Source of the DNA: Callorhinchus milii
Lineage: Eukaryota
Direction of reading: 5' to 3'
NCBI RefSeq assembly: GCF_018977255.1
Contig: NW_024704742.1
Coordinates: 31,992,001-32,056,000, forward strand
Length of the DNA: 64,000 nucleotides
Shown here: positions 31,241 through 46,905 of the stretch, piece by piece
How positions within the stretch are numbered: the first letter of the stretch is position 1
Layout: each line of letters starts with the position of its first letter
Notes under the pieces: generated by a model
Told to the model about the DNA's origin: nothing
Databases searched by the model: none
The model's input: only the letters and a program-made list of their open reading frames with translations
Made by a program: the position numbers and the translations under genes

Positions 31241-31327
31241 AGGGGTGGGGTGATTGGCAGGGAGGGCGGGGCGGGGCGGATTGCCTGGTGCCACCCCCAC
31301 CCCTCCTCCCGCACTCGGTGCAGCGCA
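31241..31327 (+). promoter_or_regulatory. ACAT2 proximal promoter: SRE-1 (31245-31254, reverse ATCACCCCAC), inverted CCAAT (31253-31257), tandem GC boxes (31264-31279)
   Basis: GTGGGGTGATTGG...GGGCGGGGCGGGGCGG lies 50-85 nt upstream of the ATG at 31328; ACAT2 is an established SREBP target. Confidence 0.72.
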
Positions 31328-31421
31328 ATGAGTGGGAGAGACGCTGTTGTGATCCTCTCCGCAGCGAGAACCGCAATAGGTAACACAGAGAGAGCAGCGC
31401 CACAGCCGGACAGCGGGGGGN

Positions 31422-31717
31422 AGACCCCCGGACACTGGGGGGAGACCCCCGGACACTGGGGGAGACCCCCGGACACTGGGGGGGGAACCCCGGACACTGG
31501 GGGGAGACCCCCGGACACTGGGGGGGGACCCCGGACACTGGGGGGGAGACCCCGGACACTGGGGGGAGACCCCCGGACACTGGGGGGACCCCCGGACACT
31601 GGGGGGAGACCCCCGGACACTGGGGGGGACCCCCGGACACTGGGGGGAGACCCCCGGACACTGGGGGAGACCCCCGGACACTGGGGGCCCGGACACTGGG
31701 GGAGACCCCCGGACACT

Positions 31718-31751
<34 letters not shown>

Positions 31752-31955
31752 ACCCCCGGACACTGGGGGGGAGACCCCCGGACACTGGGGGGGAGACCCC
31801 CGGACACTGGGGGGGAGACCCCCGGACACTGGGGGGGACCCCCGGACACTGGGGAACCCCGGACACTGGGGGGGAGACCCCCGGACACTGGGGGGGACCC
31901 CCGGACACTGGGGGGAGACCTCCGGACACTGAGGGGGACCCCCGGACACTGGGGG
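31422..31955. repeat. Intron-1 minisatellite (CCCCCGGACACTGGGGGGAGA)n, unit ~17-23 bp
   Basis: Roughly 25 units here, roughly 13 at 42019-42283 and ~2 at 6501-6532. Confidence 0.92.
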
Positions 31956-32065
31956 TGTGTGTGTGTGTGTGTGGAGGCGCTGCTCCGGAGGCGGATTTCC
32001 TGCAAACAGCTGAAGGATAATTGAAGCTGTTTGTGCCTTCACCATCACTGTTACTATCACCATCG

Positions 32066-32345
32066 CGCCCCCCCCCCAGCCCCCCCCAGCCCCCCCCCAG
32101 CCCCCCCCCCAGCCCCCCCCGCCCCCCCCCCCCAGCCCCCCCCCAGCCCCCTGCCCCCCCAGCCCCCCCCAGCCCCCCGCCCCCCCCAGGCCCCCGCCCC
32201 CCCCCCCCCCCCAGCCCCCCCCCTGCCCCCAGCCCCCTGCCCCCCCAGCCCCCCCCCCCCCCAGCCCCTGCCCCCCCAGCCCCTGCCCCCCCAAGCCCTG
32301 CCCCCCTGAACCCCCCAGCCCCCTTCCCCCCCCAGCCCCTGCCGG
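32066..32345. repeat. C-rich low-complexity tract (G-quadruplex-prone on the minus strand)
   Basis: Long C runs separated by AG/TG/G. Confidence 0.9.
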
Positions 32346-32981
32346 GGAGATAGGTTGAGGGATTGTGGAAAGAATAATAATAAATAATAATAATAGGGCA
32401 AAAGGTGCTGTTAAGGGTGGCTGGGGGTGGGGAAAGGGGGGCTGTGGCTGAAGTTGGCAGTCAGTGTTGTGAAGATGGAAGAACGTCAACTTGATAAGCC
32501 CCCAGATGAAAGGTTGAAGATGAGGTTTGAATAAATCGTTGATTTGATATTCTGTACTGTCTCCGTGAGCTGACGTGAGCCAATGCCTGAAGTGCGGAGA
32601 TGCTGACGGGAGCCAAGCAGGAAAGCCTTTGTCTTGTCAACATTAGAAACATAAGAAATAGGAGCAGGAGTAGGCCATTCGGCCCCTCAAGCCTGCCCCG
32701 CCATTTAATAAGACCATGGATGATCTTCTAACCTAATTCCAGTTACCCGCCCTATCCCCATATCCCTTAATCCCTTTAGTTTTTAAAAATCAATCTCAGT
32801 CTTGAATATGTTCCATGACATCCTGATGGAAGAGCTCCCTCTTTCACCAATACTGGTGCCAGTGGTCCACAAAATAAGGCATTATACAAATGCAAGTTCT
32901 TCCTTTTCTCCAGCCAGATCTTGTTGCATGTGGAGTCCCAGTACACAGCAAGTACACTTAGCTAAAACCTGCTTCTTTTAA

Positions 32982-33119
<138 letters not shown>

Positions 33120-34372
33120 TGAATAAATACAAGGTTTGCATTTAAGTACTGGAAATTAATTGCATTTCCCTCTGTTTTCTAACCTCTCTGAGGATCTGTG
33201 GCGTTTAGTTCTAAGGCTACCAGCTGCCCTCCAGTATCTCATTAAAGTGGCCGTACTTCATGTGTGAATCCGAGTGGTAAAGGGTCACTGGGCTGTTTGA
33301 CCATGAGAGGAGATGGAATATCACAGGCAAGTCTCTTCCTGTCCACACACAAGCACCTTCCAGCCAGGACCATTGAATGTGATAAGAAGTGGGAACACTG
33401 GCTGTATTTTTCCTCCTACTTATACAAACTAATTGTAACATCCCATCTGCTGCCAAGCTGACACCAGGTAACCTGGCACAAATCTGTGTCTTCCAAGTCT
33501 CAGTTCAACGCCAGGCAGTGCCTTTGTCAACCAAGTGCTCAAAGAGAGCAGCTTGGGAATGGAGCAATCTATATGCAGGGTTTGATAAATTTATAAGATA
33601 GTATTGTTCTGATTAAAAATGGGGGGCGTTATTTGAATAGAAAATGTTCTTTTTGTTTCTATTTAATCATGTATTGTAACCATTTCTTAAAATTAGATCC
33701 TGAAATAATGGGCAGAATGTGTTTGAGCTCAGATTGCAATCCAAAGTGCCTGTTCCCAGCCTCCAAGACACAGTCGTGTATTAACTACCTCAGCTGTGGA
33801 GGTGCTCATCGATGATTGGAAAAATGTGAACAAATTTACTGGAACAAACCTGAATCCTTTCTGAAGTTCAAAATATGGAGGAGGTTAATTCTGTTCTGAA
33901 CTGTAAAGGGAACATGACTGTTGACTAAAGATGTTCCTACAAAATACACAGTCACTACACACTTCATAGTTGTGAAGCACTTTAAACATCCTCGCGAATA
34001 GAAACATACTATTCTTGGTGGAGACCCAGGCATCCTACATGACTCAGCCAACTTAAGACCAAAAGATTCTGTGGTTGAATTCCTTGGAAGCTCAAGCTTT
34101 TAACCTTTTTAGAGCAACAATATATCTTTAAAATTATCCTCTGTGGTGACAGATAAGCAAAGTCACCCGAGGGCAGTACTTTTACACTGTGATGACTGGC
34201 CTAACAGAAGCCAGGAAGGTGTGTGTTATCCTAAAACCACCTTGGAGGGTGTGAATGTGTGAACCAAAGCTGTGCAAGCTCATAGAACGGACGTAGATGT
34301 AAAGTAGCATGTTACTTGATAGCCATCATTATGTATTGCTACGGTCTCTTGGCCATGCACATATTTATATAA

Positions 34373-34675
<303 letters not shown>

Positions 34676-35106
34676 TAAGCTTTTTCAAGCCTCAAAAACA
34701 AATGTCATAGAGGGGACCTCTATAGAGGTATATAAGATGCTGAATGAGATTGAGACAGTAAACCTACAATAATATATTCAGATATACCAAGCCAGCAGAA
34801 AACACGGTACAGGTTCAGAGTTGTAAAGGACATTATTTAGGACACACAACAAGAAGTGTTTCTTTACACGTTGCTGCAACTGCAGTAGATTACCAGGAGG
34901 GATGGCAGAAGCTAGGTTGCTGGACACTTTTTTAAAAAAAACTATGCGGTAATGAGAGATGATAGCATGGATATTCTGGAAGGCTCAGATTGAATAGGCC
35001 GAAAGGTTTTATTTATCCAAACCTCTTTTGTGATCTTATGTTATCCAGTCTGCCCTGAACCCTATGGGCTTGCAAGAGGTCTTCCAAACTATTTGGCACT
35101 CAACCA

Positions 35107-35158
35107 GTGACTGAAGACCTTGCTGATGTCTTCTCAGTAATGCATTAGCTGAACATAA
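35107..35158 (+). pseudogene. SNORA20: 3' half of the SNORA20-like RNA, cut by the C/D inversion junction
   Basis: GTGACTGAAGACCTTGCTGATGTCTTCTCAGTAATGCATTAGCTGAACATAA is the reverse complement of 15578-15629. Confidence 0.7.
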
Positions 35159-35568
35159 AAAATCATCTCCAATGTATACAGTGTAGTATCTTGCAATGCT
35201 ACTGTTAATGTTGCAGAATTGAAAAAGATGTTGGGATTGTAATTGTGTTGAATCTTTTTTTATATTGACTGCACAGATGCAGATTAAATTTGTTGTGCAT
35301 ATAAATATAATCCAAGCAGTTTCCTGATGAAAGTAGAACTGTCACATCTATTCCTGGTTTAAGTCGGCAATGAATATTGTTTTGCATAACAGTATATAAG
35401 CAATAGGTATTGTTCATTCAGGAGCAGTGCACACAAAGTTTGTGATTGAAAAAGGGATCTAGATTCTGATTTCTAAAAGTGAGGTATAAATTGATGCTGA
35501 CATTTTAAAATGAGTTTAACCCAACCCTCACAAGTACTATTGTTGTAAAGTTTAATTTGAATTTTCCA

Positions 35569-36609
35569 TACAAAGGCCCGTACTTCTGCATCAATCATTC
35601 TGCGAGGAGCAAATGATTTCATGTGTGATGAGATGGAGCGCTCCCTACATGATGCACTCTGTGTTGTGAAGAGAGTGCTTGAGTCCAAGTCTTTAGTTCC
35701 AGGAGGTGGGGCTGTGGAAGCTGCACTCTCCATCTACCTGGAAAACTATGCAACTAGTTTGGTATGGGTTTAATTGTATTTCAAGATTATTGGGGGAGGG
35801 CACTTTTACCGTATGCTTTGAGCTGATTAACCAGGGATTACTGTCCCTATTAATTTGCAGTATTAAAAATTATTTTAAGAAAATAAGTTAAAAGTACTTC
35901 ATGTATTTAACTGTTGGTTGTCTTTTTGTTTAGGGATCACGTGAACAACTTGCCATTGCAGAATTTGCCCGGGCCATGTTGGTTATTCCTAAGACTCTGG
36001 CAGTGAATGCTGCTCAGGATTCTACAGACCTTGTTGCAAAGTTGCGTGCATTCCACAACGAAGCTCAGGTCAATCCTGATCGCAAAACTTTGAAATGGTA
36101 AAAATTTTATTGTACTGTGGTCTGCAAAAGATTGTGACTTGAGACCCATTGTTGTCTGAATCAGCGATGAAACTAAATTTGAACATTGTTGCAATTCATG
36201 AGCAATCATTGATTTTTGGTGACCTGGTGCCCCAGATAGCAGTAAAGTGCAAAATTGATTTTCTCCATCTTGTTAAAGTAACTTTTATGGCTGAGTTGTC
36301 AGAATTCAATCGGAAATTATGAATGTTTTACTAATATTGTAGTGACTGGCTATTAAAACAGTGTTAATCAAATTGACATTTTGCTTGTGCAGGATTGGTC
36401 TTGATTTATTGAATGGGAAGCCAAGGGACAACAAACAAGCTGGTGTCTTTGAGCCTACTATGGTTAAAGTCAAGAGTCTGAAGTTTGCAACAGAAGCTGC
36501 TATAACCATCCTGCGAATTGATGATCTCATCAAACTTTACCCAGATGAAAAGCAAGACAAAGGAAAGAGTTACCAAGATGCAGTTCAAAGTGGAGAGCTT
36601 AATGGCTGA
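35569..36609 (+). pseudogene. TCP1: TCP1 3' fragment: exon 10 (35569-35761), exon 11 (35934-36097), exon 12 (36393-36609)
   Basis: Same peptides as the 14-15 kb copy, ending DKGKSYQDAVQSGELNG*; AATAAA at 36894 and 36968; no upstream exons. Confidence 0.92.
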
Positions 36610-37726
36610 AGCACCTGAGTTCTAAAATCAGCTATTATAATTTATGTTTAACTCTTGGCATCCATCAGGTGCTTCTTGTACTTCTGTTCTAGATTGAGCA
36701 GCTTGTCATACTTGTCTGAAATTCAGTGCCACTTGTTTAGTGCTCTGTTTAATTTACTATGCTTGTTTAGTGCTATTTGGCACAAACCGGATTTAAAAGA
36801 CCTCTTACTTTGTTACCTATAGTCAACTCTTTCAAGTTATTTGTGCAAAATTATTTCCTGTACATTGACAGTTGTGCTTCAAGCTCCTTCAGAAATAAAA
36901 TGTGACAGTTGTCAAGTGATCAGCCCATCTATGTAGGGAGCTGTTAAGAGACCACCTTAATTTCATGAATAAACGTTGATGTTGTGCTTCTGGTCTTTTC
37001 AAATCTAATTAATTGTGTATGTTATTTCATTGTGGACATGATTTCTCCCTCACACAAATTCACTGGGGAAAACATTAATTAAAAATACTACTGGGGAAGG
37101 ATGTAATAAGGCACTATATCAAATACAAGGATGATTATTATCTCCCCAAATAAGTAACCTCTCTGATTCTTGGTTGCTGATCTTACCATGGGGAATGATA
37201 AAATGCTCAAAAGTATTAGGGCAGCATTTGTAAATCAATTAAAGCAAAATTAAAATACAATGAATGTTCCCCTGCTTTCTCACATGTATTCAACCATCTT
37301 GCCCTTCTATAAATACTGGCACTTGATGTAATTTGAGAGTCAGTTTACAAGATTCAGCAATGGTACATTGAGCAATTTATTTCATAAAGAAAAAAATGGT
37401 CAATCTGAATTGAGAGATAATAGGAAGGAGTTTATGAATTTTAACAAAAGTATGGATTCCACATACACAATATTACTATGATTTCAAACTTCAGTACTTT
37501 TAATCAAATATTTAAAAGTTACACTAATTTTCAGAACCATTTTATGTGGACTGAAGTTTTGAATAGTTTTAAAACCTACCTACTTTACACATTCATTATA
37601 AAAACAAAATGCACCTACATTTCATTGGAATCAGGCTGTAACCTCTAAAATAAAAGCTCAATTTTATCCAGTCAGTAGCTTAGCTGCAGAGTATCTTCAG
37701 TTCTTGTAGTAAAATTTAGGTGTAAT

Positions 37727-42370
<4,644 letters not shown>

Positions 42371-42416
42371 TGCGCTGCACCGAGTGCGGGAGGAGGGGTG
42401 GGGGTGGCACCAGGCA

Positions 42417-42444
42417 GTCCCTGCAAGGGCCGGTCCCTGCAAGG
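42417..42444. repeat. 1.75-unit remnant of the 16-bp satellite at a junction
   Basis: GTCCCTGCAAGGGCCGGTCCCTGCAAGG between the ACAT2 promoter stump and a truncated SINE. Confidence 0.9.
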
Positions 42445-44287
42445 AAACTTGTCCAAGGTTTCGTCCTGACCTGCCTGGAATTGAACCCAGGTGTCTCGCT
42501 TGCAAGGCGAGTGTTCTTACCACTGAGCTACAGGACTCCAAAGTCCCGCCGAGATCCATACTGTTACTTGCATTTGGCATAAAAGGACATTAAGCTTTGT
42601 GACTCAGTTTATATTATTTTTCTACCAGTTTAGAAGGTTATCTGTTCCATATTGAAATCCTCCTACTTTTCAAAATAAAAACATCCTTGTTTTCGCTCTC
42701 TGAACAATTTGCATTCATATCGCCCCCCCCCCAAAACAAATGCTCCTGACACTGCCGGGTTCAAGACCTTTCAGATGAAATATAAACCATGTCTCTACAT
42801 CAATCGGTTATTACGTGATTGTTAGATTCATAGACAGACAGACAGACAGACATCGTTTTATTAGTTTATAAGATAAAATGTCTGTCTCTTTGTCTGTGTG
42901 GCAATCTATATTCCATATTGGCTCCTTTGGTTTCAAGCGTAGCTGCAACAGGTCCAGCTAGTATATTATAAAATGTAGAGACTGTGTGTTTTGGAGGAAA
43001 GACAGAGACAGCTCCAGTCAGCCAGCACGGCTCCCAGCTGTAAACGCAATGCATGCGTACATACGTACTCTGTAATGCACGATGCCACAGCGCTACTTTG
43101 ACTCGGTGGCCAGGAACGATGAAGATACCCGAAAACAAATATACCCATGTCACTCCAAGTTTCAAGACCCTTCCGATGAGGTATAATTCATGTCACTACG
43201 TCAATCGGTTAGTGAGATCCTTCTTGAAGCACAGACAGACATTGCTGTTTTATTTGTATGCATAATAATAATCCTTGCATTTGACATAGCGCTTTTCATG
43301 TGGTCAAGATGTCTCAAAGTGCTTCACAGAATATACTGTAAAGTGAATTGACTGTATATTAGTGGGCAAACCAATTGTGCACATCAGTGTCCCACAAACA
43401 GGTGTGGATTGAAGTGACCGATATTAATATTGTTTTTTTCTTGAGGGATTATTATCAGGCGTGTGGAATAAGGAAACTTGCCCACGGTTTCGCACTGCCA
43501 GGAATCAAACTCAGGTCTCTCGCTTGTGAGGCGAGTGTTCTAACCACTGAGCTACAGGTCTCCTGTATATATAGAAGATATATACATATCATTTACACAT
43601 TACAAAAGACTGCAAGAATAGGGTAACCGTGATAATGCCCCAGACAGAGTGACCAATGCTGGAATCAGCAACTTTATTGGCTGTTCACGATTTGCAGCTT
43701 TTCTCCCACCTAATTATACTTCTCAGGCTTTGTCAGAACAATTATTCATTCCCCTGTGCTCTCTTCTTCAATTCTGCGAATTGTCTCCGAACTACTTTTT
43801 CAATTTAGTGGTTTTAATCTTCTAGAAAAGAAAACTCCCCAAAAGAGTGCAATTTAGATAGGAGCTGCATATGAAATGGTCTACAGAAGTGGTTATAAAA
43901 AGCAGCAGGAAGTATAAAGCACACCAGATGCTGTGATGGGGGAGGGTTTCTGGAGGATGAGATCAGATGGTCGAAAGGCCTTCTTCATTCAAATCGATCT
44001 TGTGATGACTGGACTGAGCTGACAAAATACTCAGCACTGTAACTAAAAGCAGTAGCACTGGGGATTTGTCAGGGGCCGGGCCTGCAAGATACTACACTGT
44101 ATACGTACACTGTACATCAGCAAGGTCATCAGTCACACAAGGCGGAATATTCTCTATCCCAAGCATACAACTGCTAATGCCACAGATATTAGCAGGGCAG
44201 CAAATAAATGGGAGTTCAGTAAGTTGTACATGTTTTTCTTACTTTTTAACAAGTATCAGTTCATCATCGCATATCCTTTCTTGAACC
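42441..44287 (+). repeat. Segmental duplication X' (copy of 26955-28838), including a 3'-deleted SNORA20-like copy (44109-44215, minus) and a TCP1 exon 9 remnant (44243-44287, minus)
   Basis: Colinear near-identity; begins mid-SINE, so it is the derived copy. Confidence 0.95.
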
Positions 44288-44762
44288 GGCCCTTGCAGGG
44301 ACCGGCCCTTGCAGGGACCGGCCCTTGCAGGGACCGGCCCTTGCAGGGACCGGCCCTTGCAGGGACCGGCCCTTGCAGGGACCGGCCCTTGCAGGGACCG
44401 GCCCTTGCAGGGACCGGCCCTTGCAGGGACCGGCCCTTGCAGGGACCGGCCCTTGCAGGGACCGGCCCTTGCAGGGACCGGCCCTTGCAGGGACCGGCCC
44501 TTGCAGGGACCGGCCCTTGCAGGGACCGGCCCTTGCAGGGACCGGCCCTTGCAGGGACCGGCCCTTGCAGGGACCGGCCCTTGCAGGGACCGGCCCTTGC
44601 AGGGACCGGCCCTTGCAGGACCGGCCCTTGCAGGGACCGGCCCTTGCAGGGACCGGCCCTTGCAGGGACCGGCCCTTGCAGGGACCGGCCCTTGCAGGGA
44701 CCGGCCCTTGCAGGGACCGGCCCTTGCAGGGACCGGCCCTTGCAGGGACCGGCCCTTGCAGG
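44285..44762. repeat. 16-bp satellite array (GGGACCGGCCCTTGCA)n, ~30 units
   Basis: Perfect units except a 1-nt deletion at ~44618. Confidence 0.98.
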
Positions 44763-46578
44763 AATGAACTGTAAATAGTCAAGATCAAAGATTGGTTTGG
44801 TCAAGAGGATTCTTCATCTTTTTTATTCTCCGCCTTCTAGAATATCTGCCCTCATGTCTTTCCATTACAGCATCAAGCTGTTCCTTAAATAATAATCCTT
44901 GCATTTGATATAGCACCTTCTCAAGTTGTTGAGTCGTCTCAAAGCACTTCCCAGAATATCCTGTGAAGTGAATTGACTGTATATTTTGTGGGCGAAACGC
45001 GGCAGCCAATTGTGCACAGCAGTGTCCCCCAAACAGGCGTGGATTGAGTGGCCAAGCAACTGACCTTTTGATTACCTTTCATAACCCTGCACCTTCGATT
45101 TGTTGCTCTGGTGCCTCGAGGGCTTGATGAGAGTGCTGTGTATGGCCCAGAACCCATTCCGAATGACCTGCAGCGAAATTACATTTACACACAAGTAATT
45201 AAAAGAGAGAACACTTTAGTAGCTCAGCATTGCCCCCCAGAGAGCTATGCTGAGTGGTTAGGCAATACAGTTTGTTCCTGTTACTGGCCACAAATATACT
45301 TGTTCCACTTTGGATTAATGCACATAAGTCCATGTGCAGGTAAATAGAAAAAGAGACGAGTGCCAGCAAGCTGTGTACCGGCTGTGAAGATGTTGTGACA
45401 TGAGTGAAATTATCACTCAGTTATTAAACTTATGAAAAAAACTTCCATGTGAGCCCCCATCCCTCTCCACAGCCATCGTGTAGGACCAAAACAAAGAAGA
45501 ATCATCACTAGTTTGAGAGACAAAACAGAGGGAGCGGGAGAGACTGAGATGGAATAAAAGAAAGAGCGGTGGGGAGGGGACCTGCCATTATGTCACTCAC
45601 TTGTCACATTTTTGAACAAATTGTCCCAATTGTTCGGGTGTAAAATATAACTACCTTCCTTCAAACACCCACAGTGACAAGCTTCTGTATAAATTCAATC
45701 CTGAGTTCGACAGAAAAACTCACATCTTCCTTTATTCCACAGGTCAAGTGACAAGGATTGAGGAGCAATGCTGTCTTTATTTTGCTCTGTAACACCGCAG
45801 ATCTCAAATGTTATTTGAGCCCAAAGAGAATGAATGGGAAGGAGAATACATTTGCCACACGTTACGATCAATGTAGCAAGCGATGATGAGCGTACACCGC
45901 ATACTATATTTAGAACACATTTCAATTTTGGTGTAGAAATTAAATAAGAATCTAACAGATGGAGTATCTCTCTTTAGGTTTAATACTATCTATGCGAAAT
46001 GACACAGTGTTACTCAAGCAACAGGGCACAATTGATTGCAAACGTCATGTAGAAGGATAAGGGCAGAGAGGTAGGTAAAGCATCAAGTGTTTGATTAACT
46101 CAGGGTTTTCTATTCCAGATGGAATACATGTATTTCTTCACACAGCCGGAACAGGTTACCAGGGAGAGGGGCTGGGGCCAGGTCACATTTCACAAACTGC
46201 ATCATCCTGTGATAAGTAGACAATAGGATTGAGATCAAATGGGCCAAAGGTCATTCTTCATCTGAATCTTTCTCGTAAACCTATTTGCACAGACATAATG
46301 TAAGGGTCTAAACTGAGATATATCTTAATGGAAATCTCTAATGAGGAATCTGAATTGCGCATGGAGCACCATATTACATCCCACCCCCACCCATATTAAA
46401 TAAAGAACTGATTGCAGGGATAGTGATGGATTCAGCCATGAAATTTGCAACTTTTTGTACATGTCTCCGATGTTTCCGATGTGTCCAACGGCACATCATT
46501 TTGCCAATGGAAAAGGGCTTCAAACAGTAGAGATATAATGGACCACCATAGATAGGATGACCATACCACCTGATTTGT

Positions 46579-46905
46579 GGAGTCCTGTAGCTCAGTGGTT
46601 AGAGCACTCGCTTTGCAAGTGAGAGACCTAAGTTCAATTCCAGGCAGGTCAGGGCGAAACCTTGGGCAAGTTTCCTTACTCCACACAGAGCCTAATAATA
46701 ATCCCTCCAAAACCAAAAACAATAATAAATTGGTCATTTTCATCTACGACTGTTTGTGGGACATTGCTGTGTGCATTGGCTGCCGCGTTCGCCCACAAAT
46801 ATACAGTCAATTCACTTTACAGTGTGTTCTGTGAAGCGCTTTGGGACGTTCTCCCGACGTGAAAAGCGCTATATCAAATGCAAGGATTATTATTATTATT
46901 ATTAT
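46579..46905 (+). mobile_element. Full-length tRNA-head SINE with (TAT)n tail
   Basis: GGAGTCCTGTAGCTCAGTGGTTAGAGCAC...AGTTCAATTCC; tail CAAGGATTATTATTATT. Confidence 0.9.

Noticed and set aside
28585-32489. 790-1227 aa ORFs in all six frames (also 44224-44804)
   Set aside because: Same satellite artefact; only the short TCP1 exon 9 and ACAT2 exon 1 pieces are real coding remnants
46579-46655. tRNA-Ala(TGC)-like gene (also at 3174, 13005, 27052 and others)
   Set aside because: Joined to a common SINE body and tail, so these are SINE heads rather than tRNA genes
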